Positions 11,780-22,527 of a stretch of 64,000 bases of DNA are shown here, one piece after another (the first letter of the stretch is position 1; each line of letters begins with the position of its first letter). Below the pieces are notes generated by a model. It saw nothing but the letters and a program-made list of their open reading frames with translations. It was not told where the DNA came from and did not search any database. Location: assembly GCA_016748015.1 (NCBI GenBank), contig JAAOMT010000135.1, positions 929,085-993,084 on the forward strand, given 5' to 3'. The stretch is from Geosiphon pyriformis uo1. Lineage: Eukaryota > Fungi > Glomeromycota. A program made the translations under genes and the position numbers.

Positions 11780-13020
11780 ATATAATTTCAGCTGGTTGCC
11801 ATGTGCTGCTTTTCTTAAAATTTTCTCATTTAGTCTTAACTTGTATGCTCTATTGTCAAGTATTTCATGAATATAGAATAGTCTATCCCACTTGTGATCA
11901 AACTTTTCACTTCATTGCTTTTCTGTTTTGGTATAATACAACAATACTTTGTCTCCTATTTTATAGCTAATTATATTATCTGGTAACTAGTTATTATGTC
12001 TTACTTTTTGTTGTGTTTATGACTGTTCAAAATTTTGAGTTGTTTTTCTTCTTTTGTTTTCCAAAATTTCCATTAACTCATATGTTCTTCTAAGTATTGT
12101 TTCATGGAATGTTGTTTCTGTAATAATTTTATTTGAATAAGTTGGAATAGTAAGTTTAATTGGTAATATGGCCTTTCTTTTATAAACCAATTCAAATGGT
12201 GTGAATTTTATAGTATCTTGTTTTAATGTTCTATATGCTAATAAAACTGCTGGTATGAACAAATTCCATTTTTTTTCATGTTCATTGCTAATTTTGGTTA
12301 ATGCTTCACATAGTATATGGTTAATCCATTTGTTTGGAGGTGGTATAGTAATAATAATGGTTGTTTAATTCCAAATCTTTGGCTGAGCTTATTTAATGTA
12401 CTGTTTACAAAATATGTTCCTTGATCTAACAACAATTCTTGTAGACATCTATGGCAGCAAATTAAATCTTCATGTACAAAGTGGGCTATGGATATAGCAT
12501 CAGCTGTTTAAATGGCTCTGGCTTTTGATCATTTAGTGAAGTAATCTACTGCTATTGTAATATAATAATTGTTTCTTACTGTTATTGGTAATAGTCCAAC
12601 TAAATCAATTCCAATTCTATCAAATAGTTGTCCAACTTTTATGGGTCTTAGTGGTTCTGTTGTTTTTGTTCTTTCTTTTTGTTGGCACAAGTCACAATTT
12701 CTTATGTATTGGATAATATTTGAGTGTATTTTTGGCCAATAATAACGACTAGTTGTATGTTAAATAGTTGCTTCTTTTTCAAAGTGGTCTGAATAGATAT
12801 CCAAGTGCATATTAAATAAGATGGTTTTTTTTTATTTTTGGTTATAACTCTCAATGAATTATCTGGATTTTGTTAATTCTGGTAATAAAATATGTGGTTT
12901 TGAACAAAATAATGTTTTAATAATTTTTGAAACTTAATTAGTTTTTTTATCAGTGTGTTTTCATCTAGCTGTAGTGTTTTCAAGTATTGGCTAAGATTTT
13001 TGTAAAGATAATTGTCCATT
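11780..13020 (-). pseudogene. Integrase of element B (HHCC, DDE core, GPY/F tail)
   Basis: H..H/CDLCQ zinc finger, IGIDLVG, LLAYRT..FTPFELVY and KWDRLFYI (= KWDGPF); multiple stops. Confidence 0.85.
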
Positions 13021-13039
13021 GTTTATGAATTGGTTGTTG

Positions 13040-14400
13040 TTTAATGGTTTTTATGTGTATCTCATTTGCAACAAACAGTCAGCATTGGCATTTTTGGTAC
13101 CTTTTTTGTATTTGATGATATAATTATATGGTGCTAATATTTGTGACTATCTGGCATATTTTTTTTTCAGTGCTTTTTTGTTATTTAACCAGACCAGACC
13201 TCTATAATTTGTGGTAATATCAAAGAGTTTGTACTGTAAATATGTGTTAAAGTGAACACAACTCCAGACTACTGTTAAGCATTCTAGTTCATGTGCTGCA
13301 TAGTTTTGCTCTGTCATATTAAGACTTCTACTGACATAAACAATTATATGTTCTCTTTCATTATTATCTTTTTGTAAAAGAATGGCTCCAAGTCCAGTTT
13401 TAGAGACATCTGTGGCCAAAATGAATTTCTTGTTGAAATCCGAATAGATTATTATTGGTAATTCAATAAGCTTTTTGCTGTGTTTCAATTCATTCAAATT
13501 TCACATTTTTGGATAGTAGATAATTAAGAAGTTTGGTGATGTTTGAAAAGTTTTCTACAAAGTGGTGATAATAAGATGCAAGTTCTAAAAAGCTTCTAAT
13601 TTATAAAACATTTCAAGATACTGGAAAATTTTTCACTTTGTCTATTTTTAATGGATCTGGTTTTATTCCATTTTTTCCAACTACGTGTTCTAAAAATACT
13701 AGCTCATTTTTCTCAAAGAAACATTTTTTTAAATTTAATTTAAGTTTAGCATATCTCAATCTCTCAAAAAATTATTGTAAATATTGGAGATAATCTGCAA
13801 ATTTTGGCAAGAAAACATTTGTATTATCTAAGTAAACAACAACAAATTACCACAGAATTTCAGAGTAAATTATGTCTATTAGTCTTTGAAATATTACAGG
13901 AGTGTTTGTCAATCCAAATAGCATTACATTGAACTCATAATTGCTATTTTGTGTTGTGAATGCTGTTTTATGTCTGTCTTTTGGGTCTATTTCTACTTGT
14001 CAGTATCCACTGGTCAAGTTAAGTGTAGAAAACCATTTTGCTCTTCCAAAAATGTCAAAGATTTCGTCAATTAATAGTATTGGGTATAAGTCTTTGGTTG
14101 TTTTGCTGTTTAGTTTGTGATAATTGATGCAAAATCTAATTTTTCTGTTCTTTTTTCTTACTAAAACAACTAATGAGAATCATGGGCTCATTGATGATTG
14201 AATTATTCCTTTTTCCAACATGCTTTGAACTTTTTTTCTGATAAAATTATGCTCTATTGATGGAACACAGTAAGTGTATTGTTTTTTAGATCTGGTGTCC
14301 CCAGTGGGGATTTGGTATTAAACCAAGTTGGTTCTTCCAAATTCGCCATTTTATGAAAATATATCAGAGTATTTTAAAATTAATGCTTTTAATTGTCATT
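13040..14400 (-). pseudogene. Reverse transcriptase and RNase H of element B
   Basis: RFCINY..LN, WFSTLNLTSGY, FVVVYLDNT (YLDD, about 13823-13834) and RNase H FILATDVSKTGLGAIL...NYAAHELECL (ORF 13147-13497). Confidence 0.9.
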
Positions 14401-14794
14401 GTTGGTCCAGATCTATTGTTCCAATGTTTAATTTGGCCAATTTTTCTGGTGTAAATTGATAGCATTCCAATGGTTGTTGTCAATTTATTGAAGTGAGTTT
14501 ACAGTAAAAAGCGATTTCTAGTAAATTTGGAATTTTTTGTGGTGTTGATGCATTTTCTAGCTTCATTTCAAGGTATCCCATAATGGTGTTTTTTGGAATA
14601 TATATGAGCTCTTCTGTGGTATTCGTGATAGGAATTTTTATCCATTGTGTTTTGTCAGCTGGAATAAAAAGGTTAGTAAGTTCTATAGAAAACTGTTGGC
14701 AAGTTTCTGGGTGGGGCTCAAATATTAGATTTATATCTTTTATTGTCCTTTTTATTTTAATTTCTGATTTTCCATAAGACATGAGCATGATTGA

Positions 14795-15260
14795 CTACTT
14801 AGTTTTAATTAATTTGCCTTTTTCTTCTATTGTTTCAGCAAAATTTGCTTTAATTTCTTTTCTTGTTGATCCAAAACTAAAAGTTCCTTTCGTTGTTTGT
14901 ATCAATTCTTCATGATTTTCTATTGGCACAAATTTCCCAATTTTTACCAATGGTAAAAAAATTGCTTGTGCAATCTTTTCCTTAGATTCAATGGTATAAA
15001 GTTTTTTTGAATTGTTTTGTAGTAAAACCATCAAATTTCCAGTGTATCCAGAGTCAATTACTCTTCCTTGAATGCTTATTCTTTTTTTTGCGAGGCTTGA
15101 TTGTGATGCTATTTGAATCATTATTCCTAGCAGAATTTCAACCACTATTTTCAAGTCAATTTTAGTAATGCTCCTGGGTAATAACATTGTGGATTGGTTT
15201 TCTGGATAACATAGATTAAATTTGGTGTCAGTTGGATGAACTTTTTTGGGTATTATCCCT
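14795..15260 (-). pseudogene. dUTPase domain within pol of element B
   Basis: Trimeric dUTPase motifs in order: TKFNL (AGFDL), SQSSL (RSS), GRVIDSGYTG, KIAQ and KGTFSFGST. Confidence 0.9.
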
Positions 15261-15666
15261 AAGTGCCCATTGTCAAAGTATTAGATGTTGATCTTTTGAT
15301 TTAGATTGGTATAGACTAAAATATTTTCTGACTCAGGACCATTAGGTGAGTTTTGTTGATTTATTGATTGATTTTGGTATTGCTAATTTTCAATTTCCAT
15401 TTTTCTTTCTAAGTTTTTTTTGTATTGACACTCTTCACAGCACTGACTTTAGCACAGGATAAGACAGTCTTCACAAAAATAAGTGTTGATCTGGACAAGA
15501 TACTGTTCCTGTTCTTGGTAAGTGGAACACAGCTGTTGATAATTTTTCTGGAATTTGTCCACTGGGTCAAACATGTTATAGCTGGCAACTTTATCAGCTA
15601 TTTCAGCTGACACTTTCTAACATCGTATTTCTTCAGCAGTTTTTTCTTTTACTTTGGCTTGTGTGG

Positions 15667-16625
15667 TATTATCAGAGGTTTTTGGTCTCTTTTCTTGAAT
15701 GTTGTTAATGTTGATTTGCTGTTAATTCACATTCTCAGGAAGTAGTTGGACCTTTAGTAACTGAATTTATCTTCAAATTATTTCTTATAATTTGAATTGC
15801 TGGGCTTATAAGTGGAATGACCAATTCCTTGCCAGTTACTTTATGTAGTTATATTGTAGTAAATGTCAACTCTTTCCCAGGAATTGCTCATCTGGAAACT
15901 CATTAAAAATGTGTAGTTACTTTGTTGTGAAAGTCAACTCTTTTACAGGAATTTTGTCTGTAGGCTACTCTAATAATTATGATAAGAAAAAAAAAGAAAA
16001 ATAAAAGAAATGTAAAAGAAATAGGATTTTATCAAGGGAAACGTTTCTATCCAGGCCTGGAGTCACTAACAGATTACTGAAATTAGTAGCTAATCAATTT
16101 CAAAACATTAGTTGTGTTGAGGGAATTTCAAGTGCAATAATCAAAGGATTTGGGTTTCAAATATTTAATTTTTATTTGAAATATATAAAAGGTAATTTGT
16201 TTTCATTAAGATATCTAAAGTAGGATACTATGAGAAGATACATTTTCTTGAAGAGAAAAGCTCTTTTTTTATACAACTTGTTGTAGTACTAGTCTTTAAA
16301 CTTGCACTTTTCTCTTTTCTACAATTTGGGCAAACTAAAGATATATTTTGGTGAACTACAAGTTATTTCACTGAACTATTTAATTATTTCGGCAAATTTT
16401 CATTAATTTCGGCGAATTTTGACTATGTTAAATGGTTCAGAGTATTGTGTAATTTAATCATCTTAATTTCTAGAGTACAAATTGGATTATTGATTGAGTA
16501 ATGATATTTGATAATTTAATTAAATAATAAGTGATAATTGAAATGATAATGATATATGCTAATTAATAATAGAAATTATAAAGGTAATTTTATGCTAATT
16601 AATAGCTAAAATTCCACTGGTAACA
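15667..16625. mobile_element. Solo LTR C2 inserted in pol of element B
   Basis: Homologous to C1 along its length; ends GGTAACA; flanks GTGG/ATGA differ only by G>A. Confidence 0.85.
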
Positions 16626-17199
16626 ATGATGTTATATAACTTATCCTCATTATATGGGTAGTGCTATAGTCTTCTTAATGCTCTGTTGAATGCTGCTTCA
16701 AACAGCATTTCTCCTCTTACCCAGTTACAAATGAGGATTGTGTATTGGCAAGTTGCATTACACATTCCTTCTTTACCTGGCATGTCAATCCAGTCACATT
16801 CTTTTGGCAACAGTTCTCCACAAATGAGACATGGTTTTTTGTCCCATTTTTCATGTCTTTCTAAGTAACCATATTTTTTTTTGTTATAACAGTTACAATA
16901 GTAGTGGATGGGGTTTTTTGGGTCTTTATCTAATGTACTGCATGCAGTCATGAACGAAAGTTTCTTATTATAAACCAAACATTCTAGTTTTGGTCTGTGT
17001 TGCTAACAGTTTTTTTGTAAACTTACCTGGTTCTATTTGGATCTTTCTTTGCTTCTCCAAGTTGATATGGCCAGTAGTCTTGTTTTTTGGTCATCAGCCC
17101 ACAAGAGCTGATAAGTTTTGATGGCTGGTAGGGCTGAATTTTTCTCAAATTTGAAGGTGGGTCTTTGTTTAGTACTGGGTTTTTGGAAGTGGCCACATG

Positions 17200-17600
17200 T
17201 GGCTGGAATTCTGGCATGATAGCCATTATAGCTGATAAGAAGCTCTTGGGTGGTTCAGTCTAATGTGGTGTTGGCTTTTATTAGCCAGTCATTCTTTACT
17301 AACACTTGATATTATGTAACATCTGTTATTAATACTTTTGTAAGTATTATTATGCCATTAATTTCAAAAGGGAATGTGTTGATTTTGCCATGAGGCAGCT
17401 TGGTACTTTCATCGACTATTATAATTTGGAATATTATGGTGTAATCAACTTTGAAACCTAGTTGGTTTACTAGTTGAAGTGTCACAATACTTCCGGCAAA
17501 TCCACTATCTAAGATGAGTTTAATTGGCATGTTGTTTATTTTTGCTTCTATGTATATAGCAGTAATTGGGCATTTCTCATCTAATGCTGTTTCACTAAAC
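17200..17600 (-). pseudogene. Aspartic protease of element B
   Basis: IKLILDSGFAGS (DSG catalytic motif) in ORF 17312-17860. Confidence 0.85.
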
Positions 17601-18049
17601 ATAGCTTTTTTTTCCTCTAATTCAAAAAAAAAAATAGCTATAAGACTGCTATCTTTTGTGATAACAGCTGGTGGTATTGTTTGGATCAAGTTCTGACTAT
17701 TGGTAATATTTTCAGTTCCAGGTACATTACTATTTATATTTTCGAGATTTAAGTTTTCTGATATATTAAGATAAGTTGGCTGAAAATTTGGATAGTTTGA
17801 GTAGTTTGTGTTTGTTTGCTGATTAGGTCCTATGTGATTAGAATTTCTAGTAATAATCACGTTTTGACCTAATACTGGCTGGCTTCAAAACTCTGGATGC
17901 CAGTTTGGATTTGGAATCACTGGTCATTGCTGATAAGTTTCTTGATTTTGGTATGTAGTGGGGTATTGATGTAGTATTGGCATGTATTGATTTTTGAGCA
18001 TTTGGAAGGAGCATGTAATAATTATTTTTGCATGCCTTTTGCATCATTC

Positions 18050-19770
18050 ATGTTTAATATTGGCCAATTAAATATCCTATGCATTTGCAAAAATGGCAGA
18101 TGCATGTTTCTGTTCTGAAGTCTTAACACAACAAGCAATTATTTTGGCTGCCGCTAAATTCCTGGTTGCATCTTTGAGGTGTTTGGTATGTGTTATTTCT
18201 TTCTGGGTCTAAGATGAGGTAACTTTCTATTTTCTTAGAGAGTTCCTCCCCTAATTGTGTTACTCTCTTTTCTAATGTTTCTGTCTTGTTTTTTTTTATT
18301 ATTATGTTAATTATTTGACTATGGTTAGCTTTTTTCTCAGCCAATTCAAGAGCTTTGGCAAGTATAATGGCTTCTGGTAAGGAATTAGGGTGGGCAGAAC
18401 ATACTTTTCCTAAAATGCTGCTTTTTAATCCTCTAATAAATTGATTTAAAACCTGAGGATCAGTATAGTATCCTTGCTTAATCACTTTAATCTGATGGCA
18501 AATTTGATTGAATTGAGCAAAGTATTGGGTAACAGTTTTACCTGTATCTTGCTTGATAGTATTAAATTCATTTTGCAGTTGGATTATAACATTTGGGTCG
18601 CTAAAATACTCCAAGAGTGTATCTTTAAATTTGGCAAAGCTTGTGAGTTTTGTTTTTAAGCTTTGATACCATGAGTCAGCAGTGTTTTTCAGGAAGAAAG
18701 ATAATGTTTAGATTACTCTTTGATCATTCCAGTTATTTGCTTGAATGGCTTTTTGTGCTTCTCTGAGCCATATGTGTATGTCTGTTTTTTCTTCTTTTCC
18801 TGAAAAATCTGTTAATTATGCAATATAAAATGTGGCCATTTTGTCATTGTTTCCTGCTGGTAGGTTTATTGATCTAAGAAGAGATGGGATGATATTTCCT
18901 TGAGCATTCCTAAAGATGGCTTCTCTTATATCTAGTTTTTTTTTTTGATCATGAGTTTTTTGGTTTCTGAATTGGCTGCTTGTTCCAGTGACCAGTCTTG
19001 TGCTTGTTTTTTCACTGGTTTCTTTGGATTTTGATTTAGACTCCTCTTCACAGTTTTCAAACCCTGCTCCAAATTTTGGTTGAAAAAAGGGTTTTTGGAA
19101 TAGTAATGAATATTCTCCTGTTATTGGTATATTTCCCCAATCACATTGTTTAAGTTTATTAGTATAATTAGGAGTTCTCGGTATTTGTGAGGTTGATGTG
19201 AATGATGATGCAGCTCCTAATAAGAGTTGGATTTTATTATCTGGGGAAAAATGGTAAGATCTTTCTTCTGGCAAATGAAGACATTGTTTCTTTACTAATT
19301 GCACAACGTTTTTCTTGGGTGTTTGGGTGGGTGTTTCTAATTTTTACTGATTTTCTTCATGATTAATTTCTGGATTGTGGACACATTCTCTGGTGTTCTT
19401 TGTGGATATTGAATAATTTTCATTGGCATATTGCTTAATTTCATAATGAATTTGAACAATAGTCACAGCTAATGCTGTTGTTTCTTTTGTAGTAAATTAA
19501 GATAATTCCCTATATAATTAATGTTTTGCATCATTTGGTTCTTCTTTCCTTCTTATGTGATAATTTATTTTGGTATTAATGTAATAGGTGAGAGCATTTT
19601 CAGCTGGACAATACTCTTTTGGTAATCCAAAATCACTTTGATGTTGTAAATAAAAGACACAACAGAATTCAACAACAGTAAGATTAGGAGTTTTTGTTGC
19701 CACTTTTGTTTCTTCTTTTTTAGCAATGAATTATTGCTAATTATTATTTTCTTTTTAATTTTTTTTCCTC
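18050..19770 (-). pseudogene. gag of element B
   Basis: FSGKEEK..IWL, NNWND, ADSWYQSL, IKQ...TVTQY and QFIRGL, plus a degenerate CCHC knuckle near 18060-18110. Confidence 0.85.
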
Positions 19771-19783
19771 ATAGGGTTCACCA
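19768..19783 (-). promoter_or_regulatory. Primer binding site of element B
   Basis: TGGTGAACCCTATGAG begins 2 nt after the 5' LTR; TGG pairs with the tRNA CCA end. Cognate tRNA not identified. Confidence 0.75.
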
Positions 19784-19785
19784 AA

Positions 19786-20577
19786 TATTACAGAAGTGTT
19801 TTCTTGATATATTTTAATTGTTGATCTTCTATTTTAATTACAATCAGTTTCTCATGAGTTCTTTTATTTTATGTGTTAAATATTAATAATGATATACTAA
19901 AAGTTTTCTCTTAATGTTGTGATGTAAGTCTTTCCTTTAATTTTAGTTGTCTTTGTATGTTGTGTACTCTTTCCCAGAGGCTAATCTGAAATCTACTCAC
20001 TGTTTGGGGTTTTCTCTGAGGCTATTCTTACAATTGCCTAATGTGTTTCTTTAATCTAAAAACATGGAATATTAATGGCCTTTTCATGATTTTTCTAAGT
20101 ATATAATAAAGCTTTTTTAATTTAATTAGTAATCACGTGAATAATTTTGATCAGAGATTATTCTTTCAAAGGGTTCAAAAATGGAATAATAGTTTTATTC
20201 ACTAGAAAGGGTATGTGAATTCTAATGTTAATCTCATAATTGTGATATTTATTCAATTTATTATTTTTATTAATTTTTTTTGAATAAGATTTTATTTAGA
20301 TATTTGTTGCTTCAAGTTGAAACTTGTTTTTCTTCATCATTAAAAACTATTGTATATATATATAATTATTGTTTTACAAAATAATGTCTTGTAATATTCT
20401 ATTTCCGTTATTTCTAAATAGTGCTTGCTGCTATTGTAAAATAGTGCTTATTGCTATTGTATGATAGTACTTGCTGCTATTTGTAAATTATTTCTTTTTA
20501 TAAATTGTTGCTGTGCTATTTTATGATTGGCTAATTTATATTATTTATAATTCCTATTAAATTCTTGAACTGTAACA
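19786..20577 (-). repeat. 5' LTR of element B
   Basis: Aligns with the 3' LTR; starts TGTTACAG on the minus strand. Confidence 0.9.
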
Positions 20578-21245
20578 ATGTTATTTTCTACATCTATTGT
20601 TAAATTGAAAGTTAAAGATAAAATATTGTTATAAAAAATCTTTAGAAAATCATAAATTTGTTCTTTTAAACTTAAAAAATTCTTAAAATCTTCCTCAAAT
20701 TCCTTAAATTCTGTTAAAAAAACTTTTGCAAGATGCTTAGTTAATAGTTCATAAAACTTAATTAATATTTGTTTATAAGTTGAAAATGCAATTTTGAAAT
20801 GAGGGTTTTTAATGCATTTAGGATTTTTCTTAATATATTGATTAAATAGTTGATCTATAATGAAAAATAAATCTTTATAGTAAACTGATATTAGTTTATA
20901 AGCTGCAAATTTTTGAATAAAGTCTGTTTTAGTAGATTTAGATTTTTTAAATTTATTAAATTTTTGAACAATTTTATTATAATTGTGACAAATTTTATAT
21001 TTAAAAAAAGAACCAAAATAATTACTGAAAATCTTTGATTCTTTTTCACTTAAGTGAAATATTGATTTGAAAAGAAATTCACAATTATAGATTGATTCTT
21101 TACTTTTTATTTTAAGAAATAATGTTCTTTTATATTTAAGTTCTGTCAATTTAACAATATCATAAATAGTGTTTTTTGTTTTATTTAAGGTCATATAAGA
21201 ATTTGATTTACAATCTAAAATATTATTATTATCATAATTTGACAA
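20578..21245 (-). pseudogene. Endogenous viral element, 5' part: RdRp motif C to thumb, hypo/fusarivirus-like
   Basis: LSNYDNNNIL becomes LSNYGDDNIL with three A>G reversions (21225-21233). CEFLFK corresponds to motif E EFLSK. ICHNYNKIVQK, ISVYYKDLF (AHHKD) and FSTYKQIL (PTYEQ) follow in the order recalled for Durnavirales RdRps. The frame continues across the element B TSD into 9082. Confidence 0.72.
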
Positions 21246-21584
21246 GTCATAAAATACTATTGTATAAAGAGATAATTATAGAATTGAAACTAAAGGTTCT
21301 AAGCTAAGAATTCTGTCTTTCTGCTTTTAACACTACTACTATATATACATAAATTCTATTATATAAAATTCCTTAAATTCTTCAATTTTCTAGCCAAAAA
21401 TTCTGGAATTCCTTGTAAAAAATTCTGGAATTCTTGGATCTTGTAATTCTTTATATAAGAATTTTGTAATTCTAGAATTTTGCAATTCTTTCAAAAAAAA
21501 TTCTGAAATTATACTTTTACTACATTTTATTCTGATTGGTTAATTTATGTACTAATATATAATTCTTATATTCTATGAGTAACA
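21244..21584 (-). repeat. Truncated 5' LTR of element A (first about 340 bp only)
   Basis: Aligns with about 6899-7179 and includes a TATATATA box (21340-21347). The remaining about 550 bp of the LTR and the PBS are absent. Confidence 0.85.
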
Positions 21585-21704
21585 ATATTAAGATAATTAT
21601 AAAAATCTATAGTAAACAACAAAAATTTGGAATTATTTAAAAAAAATAGAATAATATTTAGATGTTAATATTAAATATTGCACTTTTAGATGCAAATTTG
21701 ACAA

Positions 21705-22527
21705 TATTACTTATAAAATATAAGAAGAATATTAGCATATAAATTAGCCAATTAAAAATAGCTGTAATAAATATGGAATTCCAAGATTTCTCTTAAAAAA
21801 ATTGTAAGATTCCAAGAATTTCAGGATTCTCATATAAAAAATTACAGGATTCCAGAAATTCCAGAATTCTTGAAGTGAAGAATTAAGAAATTGAAAAATT
21901 TCAATTATGTATATATAGTAGTAGTATTAGAAATAGAAAAAACGGACCTCTTAGTTTTAGATTTCATCTAAGCAATCTTTTAATTCACAAATACCAATAA
22001 ATAATTATTTACTATCTTAATCTACTCTCCACTATCAACACTTCATGTTAATAGTATCAAATACTTGATCACATTAGAACAATAGCTTTTGATCATGACT
22101 ATTAACAGATACTAACATTAATTGCCTTGGCTTATTTCTTTATTTTCTTTTATTTTTCATTTTTTTTTATTTTGTTTTTTCTTGTTGTCAACTAATTTGA
22201 TTAAAAATTAAGCACTGAATTATTAACATTAAAGATAACCTGGTAAAAGATCCCAAAGAAAAGTATAGAGTGAAAAATTTAAGAATAACTTACCAGAAGA
22301 GCATCTCTGCCAGATTACTAATCACTATGCTAAGAAAAAAATTTGACAGAATTGCGATTCCAGGAGGCTACTGAAACACTATTGAATTTCTGTTCATTAT
22401 ACAAAAAACTCCAATCCAAAAACCTTCAGATCATGAAAATCTTTAGAAACCAACATTATTATATCAATTGAGTACCAAGTTACAAGTTTGTTATTTGTTT
22501 TGAGACTCCGAATAATCACTTGTAACA
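21705..22527 (+). mobile_element. Solo LTR related to element A, opposite orientation
   Basis: Reverse complement of the A-type LTR; ends TTGTAACA; TSD ACAA/ACAG. Confidence 0.85.

Larger units (their letters stand above)
9085..20577 (-). mobile_element. Element B: full-length decayed Ty3/Gypsy LTR retrotransposon (gag-PR-dUTPase-RT-RH-IN-ORF3)
   Basis: LTRs at 9085-10882 (split by C1) and 19786-20577. TSD ATGT (9081-9084 and 20578-20581). PBS and PPT present. Gypsy domain order. Confidence 0.95.
6351..21584 (-). mobile_element. Element A: chimeric Ty3/Gypsy LTR element whose interior is replaced by RNA-virus sequence, interrupted by element B
   Basis: Homologous LTR sequence at 6351-7179 and 21244-21584, both ending ...CTATGAGTAACA on +. 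4-bp TSD ATAT (6347-6350 and 21585-21588). PPT abuts the left LTR. Confidence 0.85.

Noticed and set aside
11700-12000. Chromodomain at the end of the element B integrase
   Set aside because: Translation gives a GPY/F-type tail only.
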